Assembly (NCBI GenBank): GCA_964036045.1 | Contig: OZ038378.1 | Span: 179,056,001-179,120,000 of the forward strand | Length of the DNA stretch: 64,000 nt | Source of the DNA: Eutreptiella sp. 'Long Island Sound 2002' | Lineage: Eukaryota > Protista > Euglenida | Reading direction: 5' to 3' | Shown here: piece after piece, positions 49,759 to 61,520 of the stretch | Numbering within the stretch: position 1 is the stretch's first letter | How the letters are laid out: every line of letters starts with the position of its first letter | The notes under the pieces: model-generated | What the model saw: the letters and a program-made list of their open reading frames with translations, nothing else | Database searches by the model: none | What the model was told of the DNA's origin: nothing | Position numbers and translations under genes: made by a program

Positions 49759-52392
49759 TTATGGAGTGGTGCAGTGAGAACACATGGTGCTGCAGGACAG
49801 TGTGGAGGCGTCGTCAGACATGCGTGACGCTGGCGATGTGTGCCTTGATGAGGTGTGGGAGGACGGCATGCTTTCGGTGTCTGCCTGGCTTGGTCCCTGC
49901 TCCCAGTCCATTTCAACCAGCTGCAGTTCTGCCAACAGATTTGCTGCTACACGTGGCGACATGGGTGATGGTGGTTGGGGGGTGTGAAATGTAGTTCTGC
50001 GTTCCAGCGCCTCCCACGGTGTGTGCATGCAGTGCACTGTGCTCGGTGTGGCCAATGAGGTGTGAGGGAGGCGGGCTCGGAGGTTGGAGAGTGGCGTGTA
50101 GGCGACGGTGTGTGGTGTGAATCTCTTCGGGTATTTGGGGTTCCTGGCCGGGGTGCAATCTTCAATGTCCTGTGACGGTGTCGGTCGGCGAGGGGTTCTG
50201 GGGGGGGGTGGGGGGGTGCTGTACTCTTCCGCTGTGTGCCGCAGTGGTGTGAGCTGCGACTCTGGGAGGGGGGGCTCGTCAAGCTCTGGGGCCTCTTCCT
50301 CCAGTAGGTCCGCTAAGGATTGTACATCATCATTGTCTGGTGGCTGTTGTTGCCCTGTTTGCGAGACGGAGACGTGTCCAAAAAGGAGGGGGGATTTTCG
50401 CCGACCGACATCCGCCAGATGATCCGCTCTGGTATTGCCTTTGATTCCTATGTGGGAGGGGATGTGCATCCAGTGGGTGGGGGAGTGTGCTGATTCAATT
50501 AGGTCCAGTACCTGGGTCCACAGGTCCACGTGGCTGACCGGGCCCGCGGATCCTGTCCACTTGTGCCTGCGCCACTTTTGGGCCTTGCCGTGGACACCGT
50601 CTACAACGAGTAAGGAGTCAGGGCAGATCAGGACAGGTTTGTCTGGTGACCGTGCTTGCAGCGCGCGCAGGGCTGCCCTCAGTTCCCCTCTGTTGTTGGT
50701 TTGGGGTTCACTCACTGGAATTGGTTCGGCTGTATCCCTGGAATCCCCAAAGGAGACGCCATACCCTCCCACTCGTCCTACTACCTCATGGTCCTCCGAT
50801 GATCCGTCGGGATATATGACTTCCCACCCTGCTTCGACATACCGCTGGATTATTTGTTCATAGTACTCACAGAGTTCTTGTTTGTGTGTTTCTTTTCTCC
50901 GTTTCTTGCGTGCCGGGGCTACCAGTGTGGGGGGGGGGAGGGAGGAGTTGTGTGCTGTGTGGACCCTCGGGTGCTGGATCGTGAGCGTGTTCGGATCACT
51001 CAGAGAATCGAGTGCCTGCAAGAACAACTGTGTTTCTGATTTGGGGAAGGAGGGGAAGGGGTGGTCCACCCAATCGCTGAGGTTGGCTCTCCACTGTTTC
51101 AGAAACTGTTGCCACGGGGGTTGGAAGGTTGGGTGATGAAATTTGCATCTGCTGCGGACCATCCAGTTTGCCCTGACCGCAGACCAGTAGAGCAGCCCTA
51201 GGGGGGATGAGACAGAGAGTGCAGGTTGATCCCATAAGATTGCTTCTGGGTCTGCTGTGGAGCCGTCCGCTAGCGCTGCAGGTCCCACACATTGTTGGGC
51301 AATGAAAAATGCAGGTTGCAGAAATTTACAGTGCAGGGTGGCATGCTTGATTGTTTCTTGAACCCCTGGGTGTAGTGGGCATGCAGTGCCATTTGGCTGC
51401 CAACTGGCCAGCCTGGTGCCCACCGTGAGTTTGTGCCAGAGCGCTAGTTGGATGAACTGGGTGTCTCTGGGAGGGAGACGCAACTTCGCCCATGCTTGCC
51501 AGGTTTCCGCCGTCTGTCTGGGCGGTTCAGGGGTCAAGGACATTAGGTAATGCAACATGTGCCGTTTGTTCCATTCTGACCAAAACATGGGGCTTGCTTC
51601 CTTTAATTTCGTGTGGGGCGCTGCTGCTTGGATTTCTGTTATGCACGCTTTGTAAACCGGCGCCCAAGTGGGGGGCAGGAGGGCAGAATACTCTGGGATT
51701 TCAAGTAGTTGTCCCAGGGTGGTGACACCTTTGCGTAGCAGGGAAGGGGAGTAGTAGGAGTTGGCTTTGGTGTCGCGGAATAATGCTGAGTGCCATGCAG
51801 GCAATTTGACATACTGATCCAGAGTCGGGACTGGTACTGGTGCATGTTTGCGCAGGAGGGAAAATGCCTTGCACGAGGTGCCCAGAAAGGGATAAGTCTT
51901 CCACGGTATCGGCCCCAGCTGGAGCCAGGGCAGGTGTTGGAGGTTAAGTGAGATCCCCATTTGGCTGGTCCACTGTAAAAAATGGTTTCTAGACAGCTCC
52001 GGGACACTCAGAATTTCAGAGATTGCTTGAAAGAAAGGGGTGGCATGCTGCCACAGCAGATATATATGCGGTTGGGGCAGAAGTGCTCCCCCTTTGTTTC
52101 GGGGCAGCTGTAGTATGGGCAATGTGAGTCCCCAGCTGCTGATGTTGAGTGCCTGTTTGTAGATGCTGCTCAGCTGGGCAATAACTGAGGTGGTGGGGAA
52201 GTATGCGCGCGCCGGGTAGATCAATAGAGGGAGCACCCACTCTTGGAGCAGGGCTACCCTCTCGTCCAGCGTGAGGGGTAGGGCCTTCATAAACTGTGCT
52301 CGTTTGAGTGCGCGTGCAAGCAGGGGGGCGTAGGCTTCCTCCGGTGTGACATGCCCAATCAAATTGCCCAGGTATTTGGTTTTTTGCTTCAC
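49759..52392 (-). CDS. 5'-truncated non-LTR (L1/Tx1-like) ORF2: RT C-terminus/thumb, zf-RVT/CCHC and RNase H
   Basis: Open for 877 codons. Begins at the KYLG motif; CPLHPGVQETIKHATLHC zinc finger; RNase H motifs YPDGS, QTNNRGEL, CPDS and HIPSHIGIKGNTRADHLA (~50400-50830); TP/SP-rich tail. Confidence 0.9.
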   Translation of the reverse strand: MKQKTKYLGNLIGHVTPEEAYAPLLARALKRAQFMKALPLTLDERVALLQEWVLPLLIYPARAYFPTTSVIAQLSSIYKQALNISSWGLTLPILQLPRNKGGALLPQPHIYLLWQHATPFFQAISEILSVPELSRNHFLQWTSQMGISLNLQHLPWLQLGPIPWKTYPFLGTSCKAFSLLRKHAPVPVPTLDQYVKLPAWHSALFRDTKANSYYSPSLLRKGVTTLGQLLEIPEYSALLPPTWAPVYKACITEIQAAAPHTKLKEASPMFWSEWNKRHMLHYLMSLTPEPPRQTAETWQAWAKLRLPPRDTQFIQLALWHKLTVGTRLASWQPNGTACPLHPGVQETIKHATLHCKFLQPAFFIAQQCVGPAALADGSTADPEAILWDQPALSVSSPLGLLYWSAVRANWMVRSRCKFHHPTFQPPWQQFLKQWRANLSDWVDHPFPSFPKSETQLFLQALDSLSDPNTLTIQHPRVHTAHNSSLPPPTLVAPARKKRRKETHKQELCEYYEQIIQRYVEAGWEVIYPDGSSEDHEVVGRVGGYGVSFGDSRDTAEPIPVSEPQTNNRGELRAALRALQARSPDKPVLICPDSLLVVDGVHGKAQKWRRHKWTGSAGPVSHVDLWTQVLDLIESAHSPTHWMHIPSHIGIKGNTRADHLADVGRRKSPLLFGHVSVSQTGQQQPPDNDDVQSLADLLEEEAPELDEPPLPESQLTPLRHTAEEYSTPPPPPRTPRRPTPSQDIEDCTPARNPKYPKRFTPHTVAYTPLSNLRARLPHTSLATPSTVHCMHTPWEALERRTTFHTPQPPSPMSPRVAANLLAELQLVEMDWEQGPSQADTESMPSSHTSSRHTSPASRMSDDASTLSCSTMCSHCTTP

Positions 52393-52479
52393 AGGGATCC
52401 CATGCGTCTGTAGCTGTGCAATGGAGTCTCACATTGGGGGGGGGGGGGTCTTCGAAACCTTGACATAGGCCAAGCTGGT

Positions 52480-52950
52480 GCACTGCGTGCGCACTGTGAG
52501 CGCACTGCGTGGGCACTGCGTGCACAATGAAACCTAGCAAGGGAGGAAGGGAGGAAACCCCCATGCATTTATGCATGCGTCACAAGGGTCTTCATATACT
52601 TGGTGATTGGTGGCCATGGCCAAGTGCAATCTGCTGGAATCCGCTTTGGAGTGTGTAACAACCCACCTGCCGATTTGTTGCATTGTGAATGTACACAACA
52701 TCCGGTGATTCCCCATCATCATAATCCAACATCCACCTGACCAAAGAACGTGCAACAAAACCGGGGAAAAATGGGCTAAAATGGCTGAAAATGGGTGAAC
52801 ATGGGTGGCAATTCAAATGTGCCACATCCTCAATGCACAAGAAGCGTAAAAAATTCTGGTATGGAACAAGCAACTAGTGAAAAAAGGCCAAAACTAGGGC
52901 TCAAGTAGTTGCCGACATACAAAAAATTGCGGTGCGTGCACGGCGTTCCC
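52480..52950 (-). mobile_element. Harbinger-like non-autonomous copy H2
   Basis: 11-bp array at 52480-52523; end segment ...AAAAGGCCAAAACTAGGG...CCGACATACAAAA...CGTTCCC homologous to H1. Confidence 0.6.
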
Positions 52951-53477
52951 AAAGGGCCCAGGATCCAGAACATTGCCGGGCAGGCACAGGGGGCCTAGGG
53001 GTCCAAATAGTGCAGTTCATTTGGGGATAATTTTTTCTCCCAAAATATTGATTTTGCAACGGGTTACAAGTCGGATTTCACGCATGGGGGTGTGGTTTGC
53101 GAACAACCATGGAAAAGGGGGGGGGGATATGGCACCCACATCTGCGCTTGATGTAACAACGTCTGTTCGAGGTGATTTCCAAAATGGCAAGCAGGTGTTG
53201 CTACAACAATCGTGTCTTCTTACATTGCTCCATAACAGCATTCTCGAATGCTAGAGCTGTAAAGAATTTCGTGTGTGGTGTAAATCAGGCCACAATGTGG
53301 AAACTTGGAATATAGTGTCGTCATTTATGAGTGGATCATTGCAGTGGGGCAGGTTGGTTGTACCTTACCCTGTGGTGCACACCAACAACAAGTGCTGTAT
53401 CAACTCTGCCACCTGCCCCCAATCCCACTCATGCCACTGTCGCTATTCCACCTAGCACATATTGCAAACACTGCACA

Positions 53478-53723
53478 TCAGACCTCTTTGTCCTCTTGCT
53501 GGTGCCTGTTTCTCTCCAACAGGGCCACGGTCTGCTGCCGAACCTCCCTTGGCACAAAATCATCCTTCATGCACTGGATTGCATTGTGGTGGTAAAATGC
53601 ATTGGTGCACAATGTGTTGTGATTCTGGTAGCACGCCAAGCAGCAGTAAGCAGTGCTGCATCGAGGACATTTGTAGCGAGCAAGTTGTTTGCCACAAACT
53701 GAGCACTGCTGCTCAGATACCAT
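53478..53723 (-). CDS. zf-HIT protein N-terminal exon, ZNHIT2-like
   Basis: MVSEQQCSVCGKQLARYKCPRCSTAYCCLACYQNHNTLCTNAFY...VRQQTVALLER: HIT zinc finger followed by the C..FY helix typical of ZNHIT2. Possible GT donor just before the stop. Downstream exons not identified. Confidence 0.75.
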   Translation of the reverse strand: MVSEQQCSVCGKQLARYKCPRCSTAYCCLACYQNHNTLCTNAFYHHNAIQCMKDDFVPREVRQQTVALLERNRHQQEDKEV

Positions 53724-54127
53724 GCGCTGTGTAAACCAGTGGCAAGATTGACGGAGGAAGTATACCATATCCCACATTCAATGGGTCATGATTCAGGTAG
53801 TTTGACCAAAAAGTCAACTGAGCTCAGCATAGAAAGACAAACAAGCACAGACGAAGAAAAGTGCAGGAAAGAATACAAATGTCTTTACAACATTTCCATT
53901 TGGATGTTAATATCTCGCAAAAAAGGGAATGTTGGAAAACCAAACACGCTAGTTACCTACCCCCTGTGTGACATTCCGTCTGGTTGTTGCTCCTTTACGG
54001 GGCCCTGGACGGTCACCCGTTCTTCCCTTCGCATGTTGCGTCGGGTCGCTACTTTCTGTCGGCCGCTGCGGCCAGTGCTCTTGCTGGTGTCGTTTCCGCG
54101 TTCGCGGAGCCCAGTAGTTGGCGCCTG

Positions 54128-54909
54128 CCCCCCCCCCCCCCCCCGGTACAAGCTACGCCAAAGAACGGAATTATTACGGTCCCTACGCCCACCGTAGCTT
54201 GGACAAAGGCGTAGCGTGCGCACAACACATACTACTACTGGCACACACGTGCATGTGCGCATGCGCATGGTATGAGTGCACCTTGCCCTCCGCCCACATT
54301 TCCAATGGCATGCAAACACAAGAAAGCCTCGGGAACATGAAAATTTCAGGTTCACACCCATGTTGGCACAAGCAATGAAGGATGCGAAGCCTACAAATGT
54401 TCGGCTTGGAAACCCTTCTTGCGATCATACACCATGCGGAACAATTGCACATGCTCACCACTTGAAGATGTCTGAACTCGATTCTTGGGAGGGGGGCACA
54501 AGGGTGTGTGACCATCTGCCCACCCTTCATGTACTCCAACACCGCAAATTGGTCCCTCTTCTCCGATGGTCCCTTCATTGTACCATCCACACGGTCACCG
54601 GTGGAACATGTGAAAATAACTGGACGCCCAGGTTCAAAAAGAGAAGATTGCCTGGTGAGCTGATGCAAGAAAGGGGAATATAAAGCACAAATATTCCCAA
54701 ATTCAGATCCATGTGGGTTGAAGTGGGCAAAGACTCACAAATGTGTCCATGGCTCCATGTAATTGGCAAACGTGACGACAAACCCATGTCTTATGTGGCC
54801 GCACTACATCTTGTACGCAATTAAAATTACGGACACAATTATTACGGTCCCTACGTCTACTGTAGCTTGGACAAGGGCATAGCTTTTACAAAAGGGTGGG
54901 GGGCGGGGG
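54128..54909. mobile_element. Poly-C TIR family copy E4 with Tudor-like cargo (minus strand, ~54450-54640)
   Basis: Left C17GGTACAAGCTAC; right GTAGCTTGGACAAGGG...GGGGG followed by TA. Direct repeat AATTATTACGGTCCCTACG...GTAGCTTGGACAA at 54169 and 54837. ORF FEPGRPVIFTCSTGDRVDGTMKGPSEKRDQFAVLEY aligns with E2. Confidence 0.7.
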
Positions 54910-56902
54910 TACAACTACTCCAAGTGCACAGACAGATACCCACAGAGCTTACTCACTTGGATTGGCCCACAGATGTTGCCCCTGTGTGTCGTGCACGCAC
55001 TTGTCCTGTGTTGGGTTTTGCCTGTACACAGGATTGGCTGCACTTTGTATGCACTTAGGGTCGAATGTTCCCGGCACAATACACACGTCACACCCACTAT
55101 GATCGAATGCCTTCCGGGCATGGCAGAGCGTCTGCACTACTACATGAAGGAATCACACATGTTATGCCAGCATGACGCATGGGCCTCTGGTCAACTCAGC
55201 CTGTGAGTGCACATGTGCTGTACATGAATGGACCTTCGGCTTTGCGGGGTTCTCCCGAGTACACTCAATGACACCTTGAGCGTCAGGGACTCAAAAAAAA
55301 AAAGAAGAAATTCACTGAGGGATGATTTTTTTGGTGATGAGGCTGTTGTCATGTTTGGACTTTGGGCTTGCCATGTGTGAGTATCAGGATTATGCATGTA
55401 AAGTTCCATTGCAGCTGAATGCAGTGACATCAAGTCCTGTGTGAGGGCAAAGTCCAACATGGGATAAGTGCATTTTTTTTTGTTCCGACACTGGTGAGTT
55501 CGGCCATCAAGGCAGACAATGTACTTACGCAGCAATGGCCTAGAGGTATGTACAGTAAAGTCAGCTTAACCAATGGGTGGGATGCGGGTAAGGCAGTTCT
55601 CCACAGAGGGAGAGCCCAATGGGGGCTCAGGACCTGTATGTACTGTACACTCCATGCAGGTGGTGGGGCCTACCACGACCACAGAGGGTCAACACCTAGA
55701 AAACTATGGAGTTGTGACTAGATCAAAAAAAACTAAGATCAAAGAGCGACTAACAGTCAGGAACTACAGGGAGCCCCTAGTGCAGAATCGAAAAACTCAT
55801 ACACTGGGGTGGAAAGTGGTTGTAGGGGTGTATCCCTCAATGCAGAGCCGATACACTGGGGCGGTATCAGAAGTGGATCTCCCGAATAGGGGACCCAGTG
55901 AGTTGAGTGAAGGGGAGGTCAACGCCGTCTCTGTCGGGTGACCCCGTAAGCTGGACAGCAGCCGGACTAGGTAGGTGCAAGCACCGCTGTTTACAGACAC
56001 GGACATTGGGGGACAGCGGGCGCCGACGCTTCAACTGTAGAACGCGCAGGGCCGCCAACTCGCTCTCCAGATACTGGCCCTTCTCTCGCCAGGCTACCTC
56101 CTGCCAGTGTTCAGTGACTGTGACAACCAACAACCAACATGGGATAAGTGCATGTGGGACGCGCAGGGGACATCATATGTGGGGCTTGTGTGCATGTGGA
56201 TAAGTCCTGTGGCTTTGTCATACTTTGGTGGCGTGGCGGCGCATCGTGGGTGTAGCGTGAGTGCACGTGCATGTGTGTGTCATTCACGTGTCCCGGGGAG
56301 CCGGTGAACTGAGAGTCGTGAGGGTGAGCATAGTGGCCGCGGTTAGGTCAAGGAACTTACTGGTGGGCGGCCTGTGTGTGGCCAAGTCACAGAACGGTCA
56401 CGTGTCATCCTAATCATCCGAGGTGATGCACAAGCACAGTGGTGACACGGTGAGTTGAGTTGAGTTGAGTCGCCCCTGCAGTCCAGTGTGCAAAGGCGTC
56501 ATGGGAGGCCCGGCAGGGAGGAGTAACAACTGCGGCCCTGGTATAGCAGGTCCGACCGGCACTTGTCCATGGAGGCACATCTGCTCTCGTTGTAGCCTTC
56601 TTCCAGCCCAAGTTCCTACAGGGGGCCCTTATACCGTGGATGCCCATGGATGGCCCGGAGCTCCCGGAGGAGCTCGTCCGTCGACGGGACGGACGGGGGC
56701 TGGGTGGGGCGGTAAGGGTGGACGCATTCGGCTGCACAGGCGGACCGTCTGGTCTCCTTTCCTGGTGTCAGGCGTGTAACTGCCCAATGATACGGGTCCC
56801 CAAAGTAGTGAGCCGCTCCGGTCACCAGCGGGGTGTGATCACATGTGTGATCACATAATCAAGATCCAATGCAGTACGACCGGCCGCAATTTGACCCTTT
56901 AG

Positions 56903-57622
56903 ATGTCTGACCACGGCCGAGTCCTCCCCACAGTGCTGGTCCAAGGGTCGTTGCAGCTGCTCTACGAAGTCCGACGGTATGCGGTGAGAGATGGAGTCTG
57001 GCTACCTCAGCCCGTGCGGCATGCGAGCAACATGGAACCACATGCTAAAGCGGTTGCAAAACCGGTTGCCGAGCCATCCACCAGGCCGATGGCACCTGAG
57101 CGACAAACCCCATCAGCATAGCGCCAACCACCCTCGGAGGAGCGGGACCTGTCGCCTCTCTCGGAGACGGAATCCTCCCGTTTAAGCAGCGAGGGTGAAT
57201 CTGGATCTGGTGGCCGGCGGGCCTCAAACGCCGGGACATCATCCACATCCCGATCACGGTATGTGACACCACGGCCACCAAAAAGGGCCCGCACCAACCA
57301 ACACGCGGCTCGCCCACCAGACCTAGTAGCGACAACGCCGCAGATGATGCCGTTTATGGTTCCATTTGCAGTCGCACAATGGCTCCAGCACGCGGCCATG
57401 CAGGGTCTGCCAGGATACGGCAACAAGTATAACCAACGGCGCAACAACCAGAGGAGCTACAAGAAGCTCATCAAACGGATTCGGAAGGACCTGAGAATCC
57501 CCGAGTACCATGAACAAACGGTGGGACCACGACGACACGCCGAGCATGTTCGACGACCCTATGACCCCACGCCGCCCAAGGAGCATCACCCTGAGGCATA
57601 CGGCATGCGAGAACCGGATTAG
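56903..57622 (+). pseudogene. Unknown ~239-codon frame with one internal stop (probably TE-derived)
   Basis: ORFs 56903-57121 and 57263-57622 are in the same frame and separated by a single TAG; GC-rich; no family recognised. Confidence 0.25.
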
Positions 57623-58756
57623 CATGGGATAGAAATGCCCTCTCCATACCAGCATTGTGTGTTCCAGCGCCCAGGCAGTCAAAGGCCTAGGGTCCGCGCG
57701 CACGTGCAACCGGTCCAGCTGGCACAAGGTCCCAACCGCCTATATGCGGCGCATGTAGGCCCCGTGCGCAATGACAGTTGTCACCAAGGCCCACAATTAG
57801 AGGGGGTGCCCCGGGGAAGTGAGCACACCGCACATGGGTCACGACCACCTCCATCAGCATGGGCTCCAGCGGACACTTGTTTCGTTCACCGTTCGACGGA
57901 ATCGCGCATCAGGTACATGGAGCTTCTCCCATACCAACCCTCACCTCCTCTCTCATCACGGAACCCGGTGGCACATGGTGACCCCCGAGGGGTTAGTGAC
58001 AAGATGGATGATGACGTGCAATGCGCCAGGCGCACTATTAGCATCATGCTGGCTGAAGTGGGACGCGGGCACGTCGTTCGCGCCAAAGTACGTCAGCCGG
58101 ACTATACGCGGCCGCCTCTCTCGCCGCCCCCACCCTACACGAATACGGGATGGGACCAGATGAGTTGGCCCCGCCCGACAGGGCACGTTAGACGCCGCTC
58201 CGATGACGGATGATAGGAGCGTATACAGGAGCGTTGATGGGAAGGAGTCACGGCGAGAGCATTCAGGCCTTGAGGACCGTTGCCACCGGGTCCACAATGC
58301 TTGGACCGCAGCAGTGACTTCCCCACCAAAGTATCAATGAATGTGGCTCGTACACGTGGTGATCTCGTCACTGAGCCAAGCACCCTGCACATACTGGTCT
58401 GAGACCGGCCCCATGCAAAACTTGTGTCTTGTGCCCTCACTAGGATTTGCTATGGACCAGCACAGCCGGCATACCACCATGATGCATGCCCCCCATCGCT
58501 GCGCACCCTCTCTACAGGCTACCCGCATGTTTGCAACGGAACCGTGGAACGGCCTTTACTGCGCCTGCAGGTGAAACCCGGGTGGTGGGCTGCACCTAAC
58601 CCTGTTTAATGCCTTCAAACCCCTGCCAACTAATGCAGACATCTCTAGTCCTTGCGTCCCTGCCGTGGTTGTCCATGCAAATTCTATACACATGGACGCA
58701 CGCCCCAAGCCCACAGGTGGCGATTGGAATTGCCTCCGTTGTAAGGCCGAGTATTT

Positions 58757-59472
58757 GCACTGCGTGTGCACTGCGTGGGCAATGCGTGCATGCTACGCAC
58801 GCAAAGGCCGGGATACTGACCCAAAAATACCTATCATCTGACTGGTTGCATAGCGAAGCAGCAAAGCCCACATGAGAACGACGAAACTGCCTTCAACTTG
58901 GTACTCCACTGTCCCTATGAACAAACCACTCAGCCTTGTAAAGTCCGCTTGCTTCGAGTGTTTCGGTGCCCGTGGCTTCGCTCTTGGAAGCGGATGAGGC
59001 GTCCCTTGACTCGGAGCGCGGGGAATGCGTTGTCCGTGGTCTCTTGGGTGATGGGGACCGCGAATAGGGTGAAGGGGAGGGCGGTGGTGATTCTGAGCGT
59101 GGACGCGACACACTTGTTGATGGCGAGCTAGATCAGTGATGTGGTGGGGATGAAGGCCGTACCACAAACTCCTCAAGGTCCGCGGGCTATGTATGGCTAC
59201 ATCACCCCTACCTTCTCGGGGTCCCAATAGTGGGGAGAGTTCAATATGGGGGATGGAAAATGGGTAAAAACGGTTGACATTGGGCAATAAAGGGTGACAA
59301 TTCAAATGTGCCACATCCCAAATGCATAGGAAGCTAAAAAAACCCCAGTATGGAACCAAAAACTTGTCAAAAGGGGCCAAACGTAGGGTCTGAGTATTGG
59401 CCGACATTCAAAACTTCGCACTGCGTGCGCACTGCGTGTGCACTGCGTGCGCACTGCGTGCATGGCATTCCC
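58757..59472 (-). mobile_element. Harbinger-like non-autonomous copy H3
   Basis: 11-bp arrays at 58757-58789 and 59418-59461; ends CATGGCATTCCC followed by TAA; end segment homologous to H1 and H2. Confidence 0.65.
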
Positions 59473-61520
59473 TAAGTACAACTACGGCCGACGAAGACGG
59501 TGTCTCCACTGTGACCATCCGAAGCACCACAACTGGCGATGGTCTTTCTGTGGCCGACGGAACCGATCTGACTGAGACCGATGCTACTGGTGTTGAACTC
59601 CAGCTCCAGTGTCTGTGGTGCCGCCTGTGCCGGAGAAACCCTCGCTGCCAACACTGCAAGAGCAGGACACCGGCAGGGCACAGCCAAAACAGCCGTGTGA
59701 GCCGCCTGCGGGATCCTAGACGTGCAGCTGTGGAAATGTGAACTATCCATCCCGAGGTGTCTGCAACTAGAGAGGATGTAATCTAAGCCGACCCGCGGCC
59801 AACCCCACTGTCGTCGTTGATCAAGCAGGGAGGATTGTCCGCGATGCCACCCATGCCCCCACCATTGCATCTCACGCGTGCGACACCGTGACCACCTCTG
59901 CGGGACGCACAACGCCCTCACGGGCCCAGCCTGCCCCTGTGGGAGGGGTCCATCCCGGTGCCGCTGGCGCTAGCCGAGTTGGCTCCTTTCCTCTTCGGCG
60001 GCTGTACCGTTGGGCTCCCATGTCCGATGGCATCAGCAAGTTCATCCGCAAAGGACCTCAAGAACTCAAGGCTCTGCGGCTTGGGCACCGCCGGCCGTAT
60101 CTCGACCATCATGCTGGTCAATCCTCCTTGACGACCCTGTATTGGGGCCGACTCATGTTGCACAGCCATGAAAAACGTGGGTGGGTTGAGGAGACACATA
60201 GTCATAGGTGCAGACTGCGTGGTGGGAGCAGCTCTGGCTGGGAGCCTGGGCCGATCGGAGGAGGTCCCTGGGGACCTCTCTCTCTCTCTCTTCCCATGCA
60301 GGCAGGAGTTCTCACTCACGTAGGCGAGGAATTAGATTCCCGCCGCACTGCGTCCTGTAAAAGACATCCGGTGTGTTACCTTACATGGGGGCACCCAGTA
60401 GCGTGCATTCAAGGCCTAGTACTCTGGGGTGTCATAGCCATCGCGTGGCCATTTAGCCCCGACCCTTCTCCCCTAACGCATGCACAGCTGTTGCATCGGG
60501 CACGACAAACAGTAAGGACGACTGCATTCATCCCAATGTTCGGACAATAAGGTTGTCGCACGTTAATTGATGCACGTCATGGCACGGTGGCGGTGAGTAC
60601 GGAGTTCTTTGACCACCCGTTGTGATGTGTGCTGCCATACCTTATCCTTGTCCTGCTAGGCCCTGTCGTGGTCCGCACTGCGCGCCTTCATGGCTTTTCG
60701 GACTCCTACCTTCCACCGCTGCAAACACTCTTGCTTCACGGTGTGGGAGTAATAGCGTAATACTGCTTTACTACTTCGAGTGATAGATCAGTAAAGGAGC
60801 TCCGTGGCTTGTAGCCACTTTGTCATCTGCCGTGCCCGATGTACGTCCAGGTGACACAGGTCATCATCTGGTGTCCCTAGAGGCGAAGTGCGGAAAGATG
60901 TGCCCGCATGGCAACCTGCAATTGAGGGTGGAGGCCTAGGAGGCCACACCAAACGAGCAACAAACCACCAATAGACACCAAACGGGCACCCACGAAGGAA
61001 AGGAGGGGGTTGTAGCTCACTGGCAGTTTCAAGTCATTTTGACCAGACACACACCCCTTCAAACCGGCTCACCATAAACAATAGGTCTACCTGGGGTGCC
61101 CCCCCCATGTGCTCCCAGTTGCAAAAGAACGGCTATAAGGCAAGAGAACGGCTATAAGGTGCACGAGATCACGATCGCATGGTCGCCCAAAGGCGCCCAA
61201 ACAAAGATTCGCTCCTGTTTGGCAACGGACATTGCATCCAAGTTGCTGGACGCCGCACGGGAGACCTGGAGAGTACCCTGCAAAGGGGACCTTTACAAGG
61301 GCAAGGAGTCCGCCTGGAGCTACTCGGGGTGGGCCGCCGTTAACCCACTGCGTAACGATGACCCGTGTCCCCGGCCCTAATAGGGGTAGAACAGCTGGGC
61401 CACTTGCAGAAGGGCCAGGTGCCAGTACACAATCCACACACCTTTGTTTTTTGAGTTCGTGACGCTCAAGGTGTCATTGGATGTACTCGGGAGAACCCCG
61501 GAAAGCTGAAGGTCCATTTA

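Noticed and set aside
60860-60930. LPCGHIF RING-like motif
   Set aside because: The remaining Cys ligands are absent and stop codons follow.
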